Shown here piece after piece: positions 25,711 to 35,299 of a DNA stretch of 55,695 bases (position 1 is its first letter; every line of letters begins with the position of its first letter). Source of the stretch: an uncultured Desulfobacterales bacterium (lineage in GTDB: Bacteria; Desulfobacterota; Desulfobacteria; Desulfobacterales; ETH-SRB1); the NCBI GenBank assembly GCA_965195235.1, contig CBDAFK010000159.1, positions 1-55,695 of the forward strand, written 5' to 3'. Under the pieces are notes generated by a model, which ran no database searches, was not told the origin of the DNA, and worked only from the letters and a program-made list of their open reading frames with translations. Position numbers and translations under genes: made by a program.

Positions 25711-27720
25711 ATGGCTACCAGGGAAGAATTAGAAGAAAAAGCAGGAGATTGCCAAACCACTGAAGATTATGTCGATGTGGCAAAAGAAATAGTTAACGCG
25801 TTGTCAGATAAGGAATGGGCCACAAGCCTCATTGAAGAAGGCGCGGAATGGGCGCAAACCGCTGATGAATGTATAGCCCTCGCAAAGAGTTCATCAGAGG
25901 TATTGGAAAACAAAGAGAAATCAAACGAATATCTGGTGCGTGCCAAGGATTATTGCATGAACGCCCAGGATTTCGTAAACCTTGGCAAAGCAGCATCAGA
26001 CATGGGCGAGGCCGAAGCCGCCAAAGAAATATTTGTCGCCGCTCAGGGCAAATGCGTCAAGATCAAAGATTTTCTGGATCTCAGCAAAACCATCAATGAG
26101 CTACTTTCAGACGCGGAGTTAGCCAGGGAAACCGCTAACAAGGCATTGGGCAAATGCAGCAGCGCCGCGGACTATAATGAATATGCCAAAAGTGTACTTG
26201 ATATATTTGACGATAAGGACTGGACAAAGGAAGTTTACGACAAGGCTGTTGAAACATGCAAAACCGGAGAAAATTTCGGGGTGCTCGCGAAAGGTGTTCT
26301 GGATAATCTTTCCGATAAAAATCTGGCCAAGTCAATTTATGAGAAGGCGGAGAGTTCCCTTGATTCAGGAATTGATCTGATAAAATTGGCCGAGTCAGCC
26401 ATAACTGATTTAGAAGATGAAGAATATGCCAAAGCAATTTATACAAATGCCGAGGGCAAGCTCGAAAGCGGCGATGATTTGATGCAACTCGCGGAATCAT
26501 TGATGGGTAAACTTAATGATAAGGACATGGCGTTGACAGTTTATAAAACAGCGGAAACTAAATACAGCGATTATGCAAATTATGTCAAACTGGCCAAAGC
26601 TGTCTTCAAGGATACGGGTGATGCTGCTTTTGCCGGTAGTGTTTACAAAAAGGCGGCTGACACAACCCAGGATTCCAATCAACTGGTAGCGGTTGCAATT
26701 GCCCTGGCTGACGAAATTAATGATAAAAAAGGCGCCTTTGACGAGCTAAAACGAGCAGAGCTATCCGTTAAGACCGTGGATGAATTTAAAAAGACTGCCG
26801 ATGCCATCATCAAGTACGCTGACGATCAACAGTGGATTGATGTTATTAATGACCAACTCGAAAAGCGAGAGACTCACAAAGACCTTTATAAAGAATTTGT
26901 TGACCGGGAACAAGAATGCAAAACAAGCAAATCAATGTCTAACCTGGCCCATGAAGTGATTGAGAAAACGGCTGATTCTCATTATGCCAGAAAGCTTTAC
27001 CAAACGGCTGAAGGATTATGCACGTATTTTCCTGAATATCTCCATGTTGCCGGGGCCATTTATTCTGATCTTAACGACGCAGACTGGATACGAACAATTT
27101 ATGAAAAACTGCTCGAAGAGTGCGATGATACACACAAGTATAACGATTTGGTTGATGGAATAACAACCACCTTGAATGATAAAGAATGGGTTAAGAATAT
27201 CTATTCGAAATTGGAAGAACAATGCAACAAGGAGACAGATTTTATCAAACTGGCCCGTATTGTTCTGGCAAAATTGGGCGATCAAGATTTGGCCAAAAAA
27301 CTTCTCGGTAAGGCTGAGGAAAAAAGTCAGGATATATTCGGGTACACCACTGTAGCAATGGCTGTGCTCGACATTTTGGCTGATAAGGAGTGGGCAAAAT
27401 CTATCTACAATAAAGCTGAAGCGAATTGCAATAATCGGGATGATTACGAAAATCTAATTTCCGAGATCCAGAGGAAAACGCCTGACGATGACCTTCTCCG
27501 GCAGATACACAGCTCCGCTGAGAATAAGTTTAGAGAAACAAGAGATTTTATTTATTTGGCCGAAAGCATTGTAAGGTGTTTTTCGGATAATTCATGGGCC
27601 AGGAATGTCTATGCAAAAGCTAAGCAAGCGTCAGATGCCAATACCTGCAAATTTGAGCTGGCTGCCAGCGTTGCCAGGAAGCTAAATGACACAAAATGGG
27701 CATCTCGGTTGCGAAGATAA
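25711..27720 (+). CDS. Cytoplasmic all-helical protein built of about 19 tandem 34-residue repeats (TPR-length, non-canonical)
   Basis: Manual parsing gives 34-aa units of pattern xKAExxCxxxxDFxxLAxxVxxxLxDKxWAKxIY. SD aaggaggg. No signal peptide. Confidence 0.8.
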   Translation: MATREELEEKAGDCQTTEDYVDVAKEIVNALSDKEWATSLIEEGAEWAQTADECIALAKSSSEVLENKEKSNEYLVRAKDYCMNAQDFVNLGKAASDMGEAEAAKEIFVAAQGKCVKIKDFLDLSKTINELLSDAELARETANKALGKCSSAADYNEYAKSVLDIFDDKDWTKEVYDKAVETCKTGENFGVLAKGVLDNLSDKNLAKSIYEKAESSLDSGIDLIKLAESAITDLEDEEYAKAIYTNAEGKLESGDDLMQLAESLMGKLNDKDMALTVYKTAETKYSDYANYVKLAKAVFKDTGDAAFAGSVYKKAADTTQDSNQLVAVAIALADEINDKKGAFDELKRAELSVKTVDEFKKTADAIIKYADDQQWIDVINDQLEKRETHKDLYKEFVDREQECKTSKSMSNLAHEVIEKTADSHYARKLYQTAEGLCTYFPEYLHVAGAIYSDLNDADWIRTIYEKLLEECDDTHKYNDLVDGITTTLNDKEWVKNIYSKLEEQCNKETDFIKLARIVLAKLGDQDLAKKLLGKAEEKSQDIFGYTTVAMAVLDILADKEWAKSIYNKAEANCNNRDDYENLISEIQRKTPDDDLLRQIHSSAENKFRETRDFIYLAESIVRCFSDNSWARNVYAKAKQASDANTCKFELAASVARKLNDTKWASRLRR

Positions 27721-27959
27721 CATTTCCAGAAAAGGAAAGTATAACAATGTTACACAAGAAACAACTTCTTTCGGTCTCCAAAATCCACCGCCTAAAAAAA
27801 GATATGGATATTTTGATCGTTGGAAGGGATATTTTTTCAAAAATTTCAGAAAAAAATCCGGTTATCACTGTTGCCTTATGAAAACACTACTAATTGGCCA
27901 TTTTTAGGCGCACCCCTCCCTTAATAAACGATTTTACTTCTTATCTCTTACTTTTTAGC

Positions 27960-28200
27960 CTACCCGGAGGGAACAGGCTGAAGCATTGCAATTTTCTTTC
28001 GGGCATTAATCAACAACTCCATTGCCGGATTGTTTTTTGTTAACCTGATTATCAAACTGCGGGAACGTGTTACCACACGTCCAGGAAGATTAATAAAAGA
28101 AAACCTAACTGCTTTCATTCTCTTTGATATCCAGGAGCCTTCCATCGCCAGTTTCTTCATCATCGCATTCAGATTAAGCGCTAATATCATGATCCACCAC
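27960..28200 (-). pseudogene. C-terminal remnant of a DDE transposase (IS4/IS1380-like)
   Basis: ..ALNLNAMMKKLAMEGSW..KAVRFSFINLPGRVVTRSRSLIIRLTKNNPAMELL.. resembles transposase C-termini. There is no catalytic N-terminal part. Confidence 0.4.
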
Positions 28201-28270
28201 CAGAAAAAACAGAGGGGTCGGGAAAACAAAGGGGGAAAACAAAGGGGTCGCGTCTTCATTTTTCACTTCT

Positions 28271-28293
28271 GTCAAGAATGAAGACCTGACCCC
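28271..28293. repeat. Orphan diverged copy of the 24-bp terminal repeat of the Y1-transposase element
   Basis: gtcaagaatgaagacctgacccc compared with ttcaagaataaagatttgacccc at 40405-40427. Nearby are gacccctatgttttt x2 and the gggtcaa..ttgaccc hairpin (about 28414-28434). Confidence 0.4.
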
Positions 28294-28457
28294 TATGTTT
28301 TTCGTGACCCCTATGTTTTTCCCTGATTTTTAATTTTTCTGCTACATTTTTTAGTCTTGAAACTTTTTGCTGGTAAGCCCAAACTAACATTTTACTCCTC
28401 TCGTTTACCCTCAAGGGTCAAAGGCAGACTTGACCCCATTTCTTCAATGACTGCTAA

Positions 28458-30722
28458 TTATGGAACGGTTATCGAATCGCTTGTTTCATCATTAGCTGTG
28501 GAGTCGTATTCCCAGCCAGTAAGGGAAACATCATCCACTGTGAAGGTGAACGTGCCAACAGCATTTTTCACAGGATCCGATTCTAAGGTTACTTGCCCAG
28601 CACTATCTGTTTCACCTGAGTCTGCGTCGCTTGTTATTCCACTCCAAGTACCTGATACAATTGCGCCGCCTTGCACCGGCGAGCCGACAGAGTCAACAAT
28701 GGTCACTGTGGCTGTGGCATAAGTGTACCAGCCATTCAGTTTTCTTACAGCTGTTGACATATCAATGCTGGAGATGTGCGCGGTATCATCAGACGCCTCA
28801 TCTGTGGTGAAACTATAACCATCGAAACCACCGGCGTCAGCAGCCATATTTCCAGCGGCATCTGTTGACTGCACTTCATAGTAGTAAGTTGTATCTGCTC
28901 CAAGGCCGGTGAGGGTTATAGAGTGGCTGGTGACCATAGTCGAATCAAAAGCGCTACTCTCATCAATAGTGGTCGTTCCATAATTAACCATGCTATCACT
29001 TAGCTCATCTGTTGTCCATGTGATGGTTGCGCTTGAGCTGGTGACTGAGCTTGCTACTGACGATATTTCTGGCAGTGTAACATCACCTTTAAATGTAATC
29101 GTCGTAGCAGTCCCTGTATTATTAGCAAGGTCAGTGCCAAAGGCATCTACAGTATGTATCCCGGTCGTAGTAACGGTAAATGTCCACTCCCAGGTATTCG
29201 TTGCTGTTGCCAACATTCCTACCGATTCAATAATTGTTTCATCCGGCAAGGTCACTTTAACTGTTGGCGCTGCAGATAAATCTTCATTAAAGGTTACAGT
29301 AATTGTCGTTTCTCCATTGCTTGGATCAGGGGAAGCTGTTATTGAAAGAACTGGCGGTGTAATGTCTGGTCCTGTTGTATAGTTTAAAGCAGCATAGGCA
29401 TCCACAATCCCCCATCCATACGCTGTATCCCAGCCCTCATCTCCTTTATCTTCGGCTGAATTCTGCAATGCCTCTCTCACAGCATCCGGGCCAATAACCC
29501 CATTAGCTATCAGCAAGGCAGCCACCCCAGCTACATGAGGACTAGCCATAGAGGTGCCTTGATAGAACCAATAGCCAAAATTTGTATAGTCACTGCCGTC
29601 GTGGGTCTGCTGGAGAACTCCGTCACCATAACCATCCCCGTTCTGATTAACGTAAATATCCCCGCCCGGCGCAGTTAAATCCAAGGATGGGCCTCCATTG
29701 GAATAATAGGAAACCTCTTCATCGTACCTGGTAGCTCCAACTGCTATACAATACGCATCGTATGCAGCAGGATAACTCACAGTGGTTGCTGAGCCATCAT
29801 TGCCGGAAGCACAGACAATAGTAACGTCACTATTATAAGCATAGACAAGGGCGTTCTCCAGGGTAATTGATGGCACTGGTCCGCCAAGACTCATATTAAT
29901 AACCTGGGCGCCATTATCAGCAGCAAAATAGATGCCATCGGCAATATCTGTATAGGTTCCGGAACCAGCACTATCCAGCACTTTTACCGGCATTATGGAA
30001 CAATCAAAGGCCACCCCGGCTACCCCTTCGCCATTATTTGTAGATTGAGCGATAGTGCCCGTGACATGAGTACCATGTCCCTCATCATCATTTGGGTGGT
30101 CATCGTCATTGACAAGATCAGATCCGGGTACAACTACAAAATCAGTATTGGCTAAGTCCGGTGCCTGCTCGTAAGTTATATACCTATATTTGCCGCTTGC
30201 CCCAAGAGGGACGACTTCTTCATAATCTTCATAGGCCACTCCGGTGTCTATTACCGCTACTATAACACCATCGCCGGTCGACAAGCCCCAGGCTTCTTTC
30301 ATGCCTATTCCACCGTAATCGGCATTATCCAGATGCCATTGAAGAGGATAATATGGATCATCGGGAACCAAAAAGGCATGGGCTATGAAGTTTGGTTCTG
30401 CATACTCGACATTAGGATTCCTCTTATATGTCGCGACCATCTGTTCAACGGTCCTTCCCTTTGGAATCCTCAATCTCTTAAACCCTGCAAACCGGCTGGT
30501 TTTTATTACCGAAGTTCCATGTTTTTGATTTATTTCCCTCACTACGTCGGAGCTAACCCCTGGTTTGAACTTTACAATAATCTCCATAGGGACATATCCG
30601 GGGCCTTCAATGGTTTTTACCCCATCTTTCACAAAAAACTCCTGTCCGAAACTTATGCCGGCAAAACCTAATATCAAAAGACTTGCCAATGCAATTCCTA
30701 CAATCAAACATGTCTTTTTCAT
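28458..30722 (-). CDS. Secreted subtilisin-family (S8) serine protease with I9 propeptide and C-terminal Ig/FN3-like domains
   Basis: Catalytic triad contexts VAVIDTGV, HGTHVTGT and GTSMASPHVAG. Signal peptide from ATG 30722 with SD aggagg. C-terminal Thr/Ser-rich beta domains. Confidence 0.95.
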   Translation of the reverse strand: MKKTCLIVGIALASLLILGFAGISFGQEFFVKDGVKTIEGPGYVPMEIIVKFKPGVSSDVVREINQKHGTSVIKTSRFAGFKRLRIPKGRTVEQMVATYKRNPNVEYAEPNFIAHAFLVPDDPYYPLQWHLDNADYGGIGMKEAWGLSTGDGVIVAVIDTGVAYEDYEEVVPLGASGKYRYITYEQAPDLANTDFVVVPGSDLVNDDDHPNDDEGHGTHVTGTIAQSTNNGEGVAGVAFDCSIMPVKVLDSAGSGTYTDIADGIYFAADNGAQVINMSLGGPVPSITLENALVYAYNSDVTIVCASGNDGSATTVSYPAAYDAYCIAVGATRYDEEVSYYSNGGPSLDLTAPGGDIYVNQNGDGYGDGVLQQTHDGSDYTNFGYWFYQGTSMASPHVAGVAALLIANGVIGPDAVREALQNSAEDKGDEGWDTAYGWGIVDAYAALNYTTGPDITPPVLSITASPDPSNGETTITVTFNEDLSAAPTVKVTLPDETIIESVGMLATATNTWEWTFTVTTTGIHTVDAFGTDLANNTGTATTITFKGDVTLPEISSVASSVTSSSATITWTTDELSDSMVNYGTTTIDESSAFDSTMVTSHSITLTGLGADTTYYYEVQSTDAAGNMAADAGGFDGYSFTTDEASDDTAHISSIDMSTAVRKLNGWYTYATATVTIVDSVGSPVQGGAIVSGTWSGITSDADSGETDSAGQVTLESDPVKNAVGTFTFTVDDVSLTGWEYDSTANDETSDSITVP

Positions 30723-31021
30723 GATTTTGGCCCTCCTGAAAACAAGATTATTTTTCCTCGCAAATTTCTGTTGGATCGGAATATTTTTGAATTTATTTAA
30801 TAACATAGGGGCAAAAAATAAGTCAACAAATTATAGTTGGACATGATGTGTATTCTGGTAGTTCTTATCCCTTCGCCTTAGCGGTTCAAGAAACTAACAA
30901 AATAAGTGCATTAATCAAGATGCGTACCAATCGCTTTGACATTGACAAAAATTAAGGTTTATGGGATTTGCTTAGAATATATTAACAATCAACCAACGTT
31001 ATATATTAAGAGGATATAGTT

Positions 31022-31315
31022 ATGAGGCGCCAGAATATATTGAAAATTCTTGCCGAACATCGTAGTGAAATTGAATTACGTTTTGGCGTGGCATCATTAT
31101 CGCTTTTTGGTTCTGTGGCCCGCGATGAGGCTTCGGCAGAAAGCGACGTTGATATCCTGGTAACTTTTGTGCAAACTCCTGGGATATTTGGTTTCCTTGA
31201 GTTGAAAGAATACTTGGAAAACCTCTTGCAATGTTCTGTTGATCTCGTTACCAGGAATGCCTTAAAAAAACAGTTTCGTGAACAGATTCTTCAGGAGGCG
31301 CTTCATGCCGTCTAG
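31022..31315 (+). CDS. mntA: Nucleotidyltransferase antitoxin (MntA, type VII TA)
   Basis: GSVARDEASAESDVDILV NTase motif, 97 aa. Confidence 0.85.
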   Translation: MRRQNILKILAEHRSEIELRFGVASLSLFGSVARDEASAESDVDILVTFVQTPGIFGFLELKEYLENLLQCSVDLVTRNALKKQFREQILQEALHAV

Positions 31316-31628
31316 AAGTTGGCAGTTTCGAATAGATGATATTGTTGAAGCGATTAACAAAATTGAGCGCTATACCCATGGCATCGATTTTGCTGCATGG
31401 CAAAACGATGAAAAGACTGTAGATGCTGTTATCCGTAATCTTGAAGTGATTGGGGAAGCCTCTTCACATCTGCCTATAGAAGTCCAAGAACAATACGAGG
31501 ATGTGCCTTGGGGCACGATGAAGGGGATTCGTAATATTTTAGCCCATGAGTATTTTGGTATTGACCTTGAAATTGTCTGGAAAACGGTTAAGGAGGACCT
31601 GCCGATTCTGAAGAAACGGTTGCTGTAA
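31305..31628 (+). CDS. hepT: HepT (DUF86/HEPN) toxin
   Basis: RNILAHEY (Rx4H HEPN motif). Overlaps the mntA stop. SD aggagg before ATG 31305. Confidence 0.85.
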   Translation: MPSRSWQFRIDDIVEAINKIERYTHGIDFAAWQNDEKTVDAVIRNLEVIGEASSHLPIEVQEQYEDVPWGTMKGIRNILAHEYFGIDLEIVWKTVKEDLPILKKRLL

Positions 31629-32202
31629 ATTTTTAATCGACCCCCTTTGTTTTAACTTCTCTCAGCCGCAGGCTGATTGTTTTCTGTTAGCTTCATCAGG
31701 AAGCCGGCAGAGCAACAAAATAATCCTGAAAATCCTGCCTGCCCCGTTAAATCCATTTAGGCTATTTAACCGGGGTCTAATAAATTTTTATCTTGAAAAT
31801 GCTAAGTGAAAAAAGAAGTTATTCAACGTAGTCAACTACGTCCCCAACTTTTCCACACCTTAAGCAGATGTCAACTCAAAATGTTCCTGTGTTAATAACA
31901 TTGGTTCGGGGATTGTAAGCTTAAATATGGTCAAGGTTACATGAATGGTGATGAGACAGCGGGGACGTTATAAATTTGTAAATCAAAGGTTGATTGAAGG
32001 CACAAAGTTATATTTTTATGGACCACTATCGTAACTTGAGTTTTTTCTCCCCAAAAATTTTCTTGAAAAGAGGTCAAAAGGCAGAGCCTTTGGTGGCTCT
32101 GCCTTTTTGCTGTACAACCAGGTAATTTTATCTCTGCGTTACCGCACTTACCTTTTGAATTGTTAATATTTACTTTTGAAGATGTGGCCCTACTATCTCC
32201 CC

Positions 32203-33123
32203 CTATGGTTCTACTATAACAACAAAATTAGAAGTGTAAGTAATATCGCATTCCCGATCATGCAATGTGATATAAACTGACGTCGGAGGTGGCGTACCTT
32301 TTAGTTCAGCAAACCAAATTAAATTTAAATCATCTGAGCAAGAAAGAGCACAAAACCCGTAAAGATAGTTATCATTATTATCATAGATCTTAACCCAAGT
32401 CCGCGAAGCATTGGTGTTCAAACCGCATGGTGGTAAATGAGGTGAAGGTACAAACAGTTCGTCAGGAAAATCTCCAGAGTTAGTTACTGCCAGTTTATAA
32501 CGAGTATACTCTGTTGAACCGATCCAATAATACTCCGATCCAGTGTAACTGAGATCTGGGCTTGGCAAATCGGGATAACATTGAACAACCCGTACCGTGA
32601 TGGGATCAGAGGTAGCGCTTACCTGCGAGTCAAGGAAGATGCCCTTGGCGTTAGCGCCTGAGTTCAGGTAGTGTATGCCAGCCTCGGTATACTCCTGCTG
32701 ACCACCCGGATTGACGTCTGTTGACACCCAGAAAACCAGGGTTTCTGATGCCCCTGGCGCCAAGTCTTCCACTTCCCAGGTCAGGAACACCTTCTCGGTC
32801 TTGCCTTTGATGGAGGTGTCCACCGAACCTATAGAAGCTTCATAATCACTCAACTCAAGGTCACCGCCGAGGCGGTCCTTGACCACGACGCCGGTAATCG
32901 AGTTGACGGCATCGTTGTTGGTAACCGTGATCTTCAACTGAAAGTCTGTCTCTTCCCCGACCTCAATTAGGCCATCTGCATCCTCATCCCAGTACTCAAC
33001 AAGCTCCTTGGTCACTGAAATCGGCCAATCTTCCGCGTCAGCACTGGCTATTCCCATCCCCATAACCATTGATATTGATAGGGTCAGAACCAGTGCCAAT
33101 ATTGGAAATAATACTTTTTTCAT
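32203..33123 (-). CDS. Secreted protein with DUF11-like beta-sandwich domain and Cys-containing C-terminal domain
   Basis: Signal peptide. ..LKITVTNNDAVNSITGVVVKDRLGGDLEL.. resembles the DUF11/Cna-B-type repeat. Confidence 0.55.
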   Translation of the reverse strand: MKKVLFPILALVLTLSISMVMGMGIASADAEDWPISVTKELVEYWDEDADGLIEVGEETDFQLKITVTNNDAVNSITGVVVKDRLGGDLELSDYEASIGSVDTSIKGKTEKVFLTWEVEDLAPGASETLVFWVSTDVNPGGQQEYTEAGIHYLNSGANAKGIFLDSQVSATSDPITVRVVQCYPDLPSPDLSYTGSEYYWIGSTEYTRYKLAVTNSGDFPDELFVPSPHLPPCGLNTNASRTWVKIYDNNDNYLYGFCALSCSDDLNLIWFAELKGTPPPTSVYITLHDRECDITYTSNFVVIVEP

Positions 33124-33272
33124 TTTGTTTCTCCTTTGTTTTAAGTTTGCATTGTCGCCCCTTGATCTGGGGCGCAGTGATTCTTTATCTCAATCCTTGT
33201 AATTCCGGCCGGACACCACCCCCTTTCACCTTAACGCCATTAGATCATGATGAAGAACAAAACTTAACCAAT

Positions 33273-33357
33273 CCACAGATTACGCAGATGACACAGATTT
33301 TAAGACAGGCTTTATAATATTTAGATAAAAATCTGCGAGAATCTGTGAAATCTGCGG
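33273..33357. repeat. Inverted short-repeat arrays (ccacagattacgcagatgacacagatttt / aaaatctgcgagaatctgtgaaatctgcgg) forming a long imperfect hairpin
   Basis: Read directly. Lies upstream of the minus-strand gene 32203..33123. Confidence 0.8.
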
Positions 33358-33362
33358 ATATA

Positions 33363-33797
33363 AAAAAAGCCGGGCCACCTTTTCCCAGGCAACCCGGCTA
33401 TCTTTTCCCAGGCAACCCGGCTATCTTTTTTCAAGACCCGTGGCTTTCCGTCCCCTGATCACTCAGGGTTTGGCTTTGTCTGCAGGGCTAATGGGGATCA
33501 TACGTCCCCACTGCACTTACCCCAATATTTAATTTTTAAGATGTGACCCTAATTGCTCTCAAAATAAAAAAGCCGGGCCACCTTTTCCCAGGCAACCCGG
33601 CTATCTTTTCCCAGGCAACCCGGCTATCTTTTTTCAAGACCCGTGGCTTTCCGCCCCCTGATCACTCAGGGTTTGGCTTTGTCTGCAGGGCTAATGGGGA
33701 CGTCATAAATTTATAAATCAAAGATTCATTGAGAGCAAAAAGTTATATTTGCAGACGTCCCCACTGCGGTTACCCCAATGTTTAATTTTTAAGATGT
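33363..33797 (-). repeat. Tandem duplication of a roughly 190-bp unit; each copy ends (minus strand) in a strong intrinsic terminator. Candidate tandem sRNA genes or 3'UTR elements
   Basis: Unit 1 is 33363-33547 and unit 2 is 33568-33797, the latter with a roughly 50-bp insertion at 33705-33753. Terminators lie at 33362-33399 and 33565-33602. ccctga-GUGA-ucaggg hairpin. Confidence 0.8.
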
Positions 33798-33815
33798 GTT
33801 GTACCTATCTGCTTC

Positions 33816-34517
33816 CTATAACTCCACCTCTTCGTCTTTGATCATGCGAACTTCTTCGATTGTGACACTGCCCATCCCGAGGTATGCATTTGACATCGCC
33901 CCAGTTTCCGCAGTATCATAAATTTCTTCAGCATCGCCATCAACATAGATAAGCTTGGCCTGAACCTGTATTGTGTGAGTACCTGCAAGAAGATCTTTAA
34001 CAATAAAATTAAAAGAATTGGCGTTCATCGTATTAAGGATTAGTTGGAGCGTTTCAGGTTCTATTAACTCCAGATCAATGACCAAAATGCCATCATCAAC
34101 ACTAATGGCTCCTGAAATATCGCCTGCAAATTCAGCGATCAACTTCTGATGTCTTCTGGCAAAGATAATTTCACCCGGCAAAGCAACTTCGTTTCCATCC
34201 ATTGTTCCATCCACCAGCACCTGTACTTTAACAACAGCTTCGGCCTCTGCAGTCGCTCTGGCAAGGGTTTTACTCGCAACCTTAGTGTTTGTGGTAAGGC
34301 CGCACTCCAGTGAGACATCAATAAAAAGGTCTTTTTGCTGGGCGGTTTTGATGGTCTGGGTAAAAATAGTTGTATAATCAGTAGCGTCACCAGCCATAGT
34401 AATAACAGAAATATCTCCGCACTTGGCTGTAACTTTTGCGGAAGCCGCAAAAGCACTGCCATACCCAAAAGCCACTGCCATAACGACAGCCAAACAAACA
34501 ATAGATAATTTCTTCAT
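33816..34517 (-). CDS. Secreted hypothetical protein (233 aa)
   Basis: ATG 34517 with SD aaggagg. Signal peptide MKKLSIVCLAVVMAVAFGYGSAFA. No recognisable domain. Confidence 0.6.
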   Translation of the reverse strand: MKKLSIVCLAVVMAVAFGYGSAFAASAKVTAKCGDISVITMAGDATDYTTIFTQTIKTAQQKDLFIDVSLECGLTTNTKVASKTLARATAEAEAVVKVQVLVDGTMDGNEVALPGEIIFARRHQKLIAEFAGDISGAISVDDGILVIDLELIEPETLQLILNTMNANSFNFIVKDLLAGTHTIQVQAKLIYVDGDAEEIYDTAETGAMSNAYLGMGSVTIEEVRMIKDEEVEL

Positions 34518-34705
34518 TTTAATCCTCCTTAATAGAGTTACTTTTAGTTTAAAAATTCTGAGTTTCAAGTTACATTTTCGACTTTTCACATTATTTTTTT
34601 AAATCACCCCCTTTTAATGAGTCTGTCTGTTTGAGTTTTTAATTTTTAATTATGAATGAAGGAAAAAAGTCCGATTTTAATTCAACATTTAAAATTAATA
34701 ATTCT

Positions 34706-35089
34706 CTATGCGTTTCCGACAGTATGATGCTTTAAAAAAAAGTTTATCTGTTCCTCCTGCTCTTTTGTAAGCTGATCAAACTTCAATCCGCATCGCCTGT
34801 TCGCTAAATTATGCATGACCGTTAATTGATCGTCTTGGTCAGCATCATAAACCAGGCTGCAGGGTATATTGGAAAGATAAAAAGAATTGTTTGAAACAAA
34901 TATATCTATTATGTGGGAGTTTTCTGATACAGGACTATCTTTTGCAGGCTGTAGATAATTGAAACCAAGGCCGCCCCTGCTGATATCATTTATCGGACCG
35001 ATTTTATTAAACTCAGGCCTGAAGACAACAAAAGCTGAACCTTGCGGCTCAAATCTTTCATGCTGACGCTGTTCATGGTGTATTGGCAC
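34706..35089 (-). CDS. PilZ-domain (c-di-GMP binding) protein
   Basis: RQHER (RxxxR) and DISRGG (DxSxxG) motifs, 127 aa. Confidence 0.85.
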   Translation of the reverse strand: MPIHHEQRQHERFEPQGSAFVVFRPEFNKIGPINDISRGGLGFNYLQPAKDSPVSENSHIIDIFVSNNSFYLSNIPCSLVYDADQDDQLTVMHNLANRRCGLKFDQLTKEQEEQINFFLKHHTVGNA

Positions 35090-35115
35090 GCTGTTTTCCT
35101 TGCAAAGAAATTTTT

Positions 35116-35155
35116 TAGCTCTTAGCTCTTAGCTAATGGCTAAAGGCTAATGGCT
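35116..35155. repeat. Heptamer array tagctct x2, tagctaa, tggctaa, aggctaa, tggct
   Basis: Read directly. Lies upstream of the PilZ gene. Confidence 0.75.
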
Positions 35156-35299
35156 TTTTTCACAAATCTTCACATCGGTAAATAAGCTGAAACTATTGCC
35201 AGCCTTAAAAAAATACTTTTCGGACAAGTGCAAGATGACAATAAAACAAACATAGCTTAAATGTAAAGGGGTATTTTCATGGGTATAAAATGGGTATAT

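Noticed and set aside
28357-29382. Plus-strand ORFs 28357-28722 and 28990-29382
   Set aside because: They lie antisense within the well-supported S8 protease gene. Their Thr/Ser/Val-rich shadow translation has no start context.
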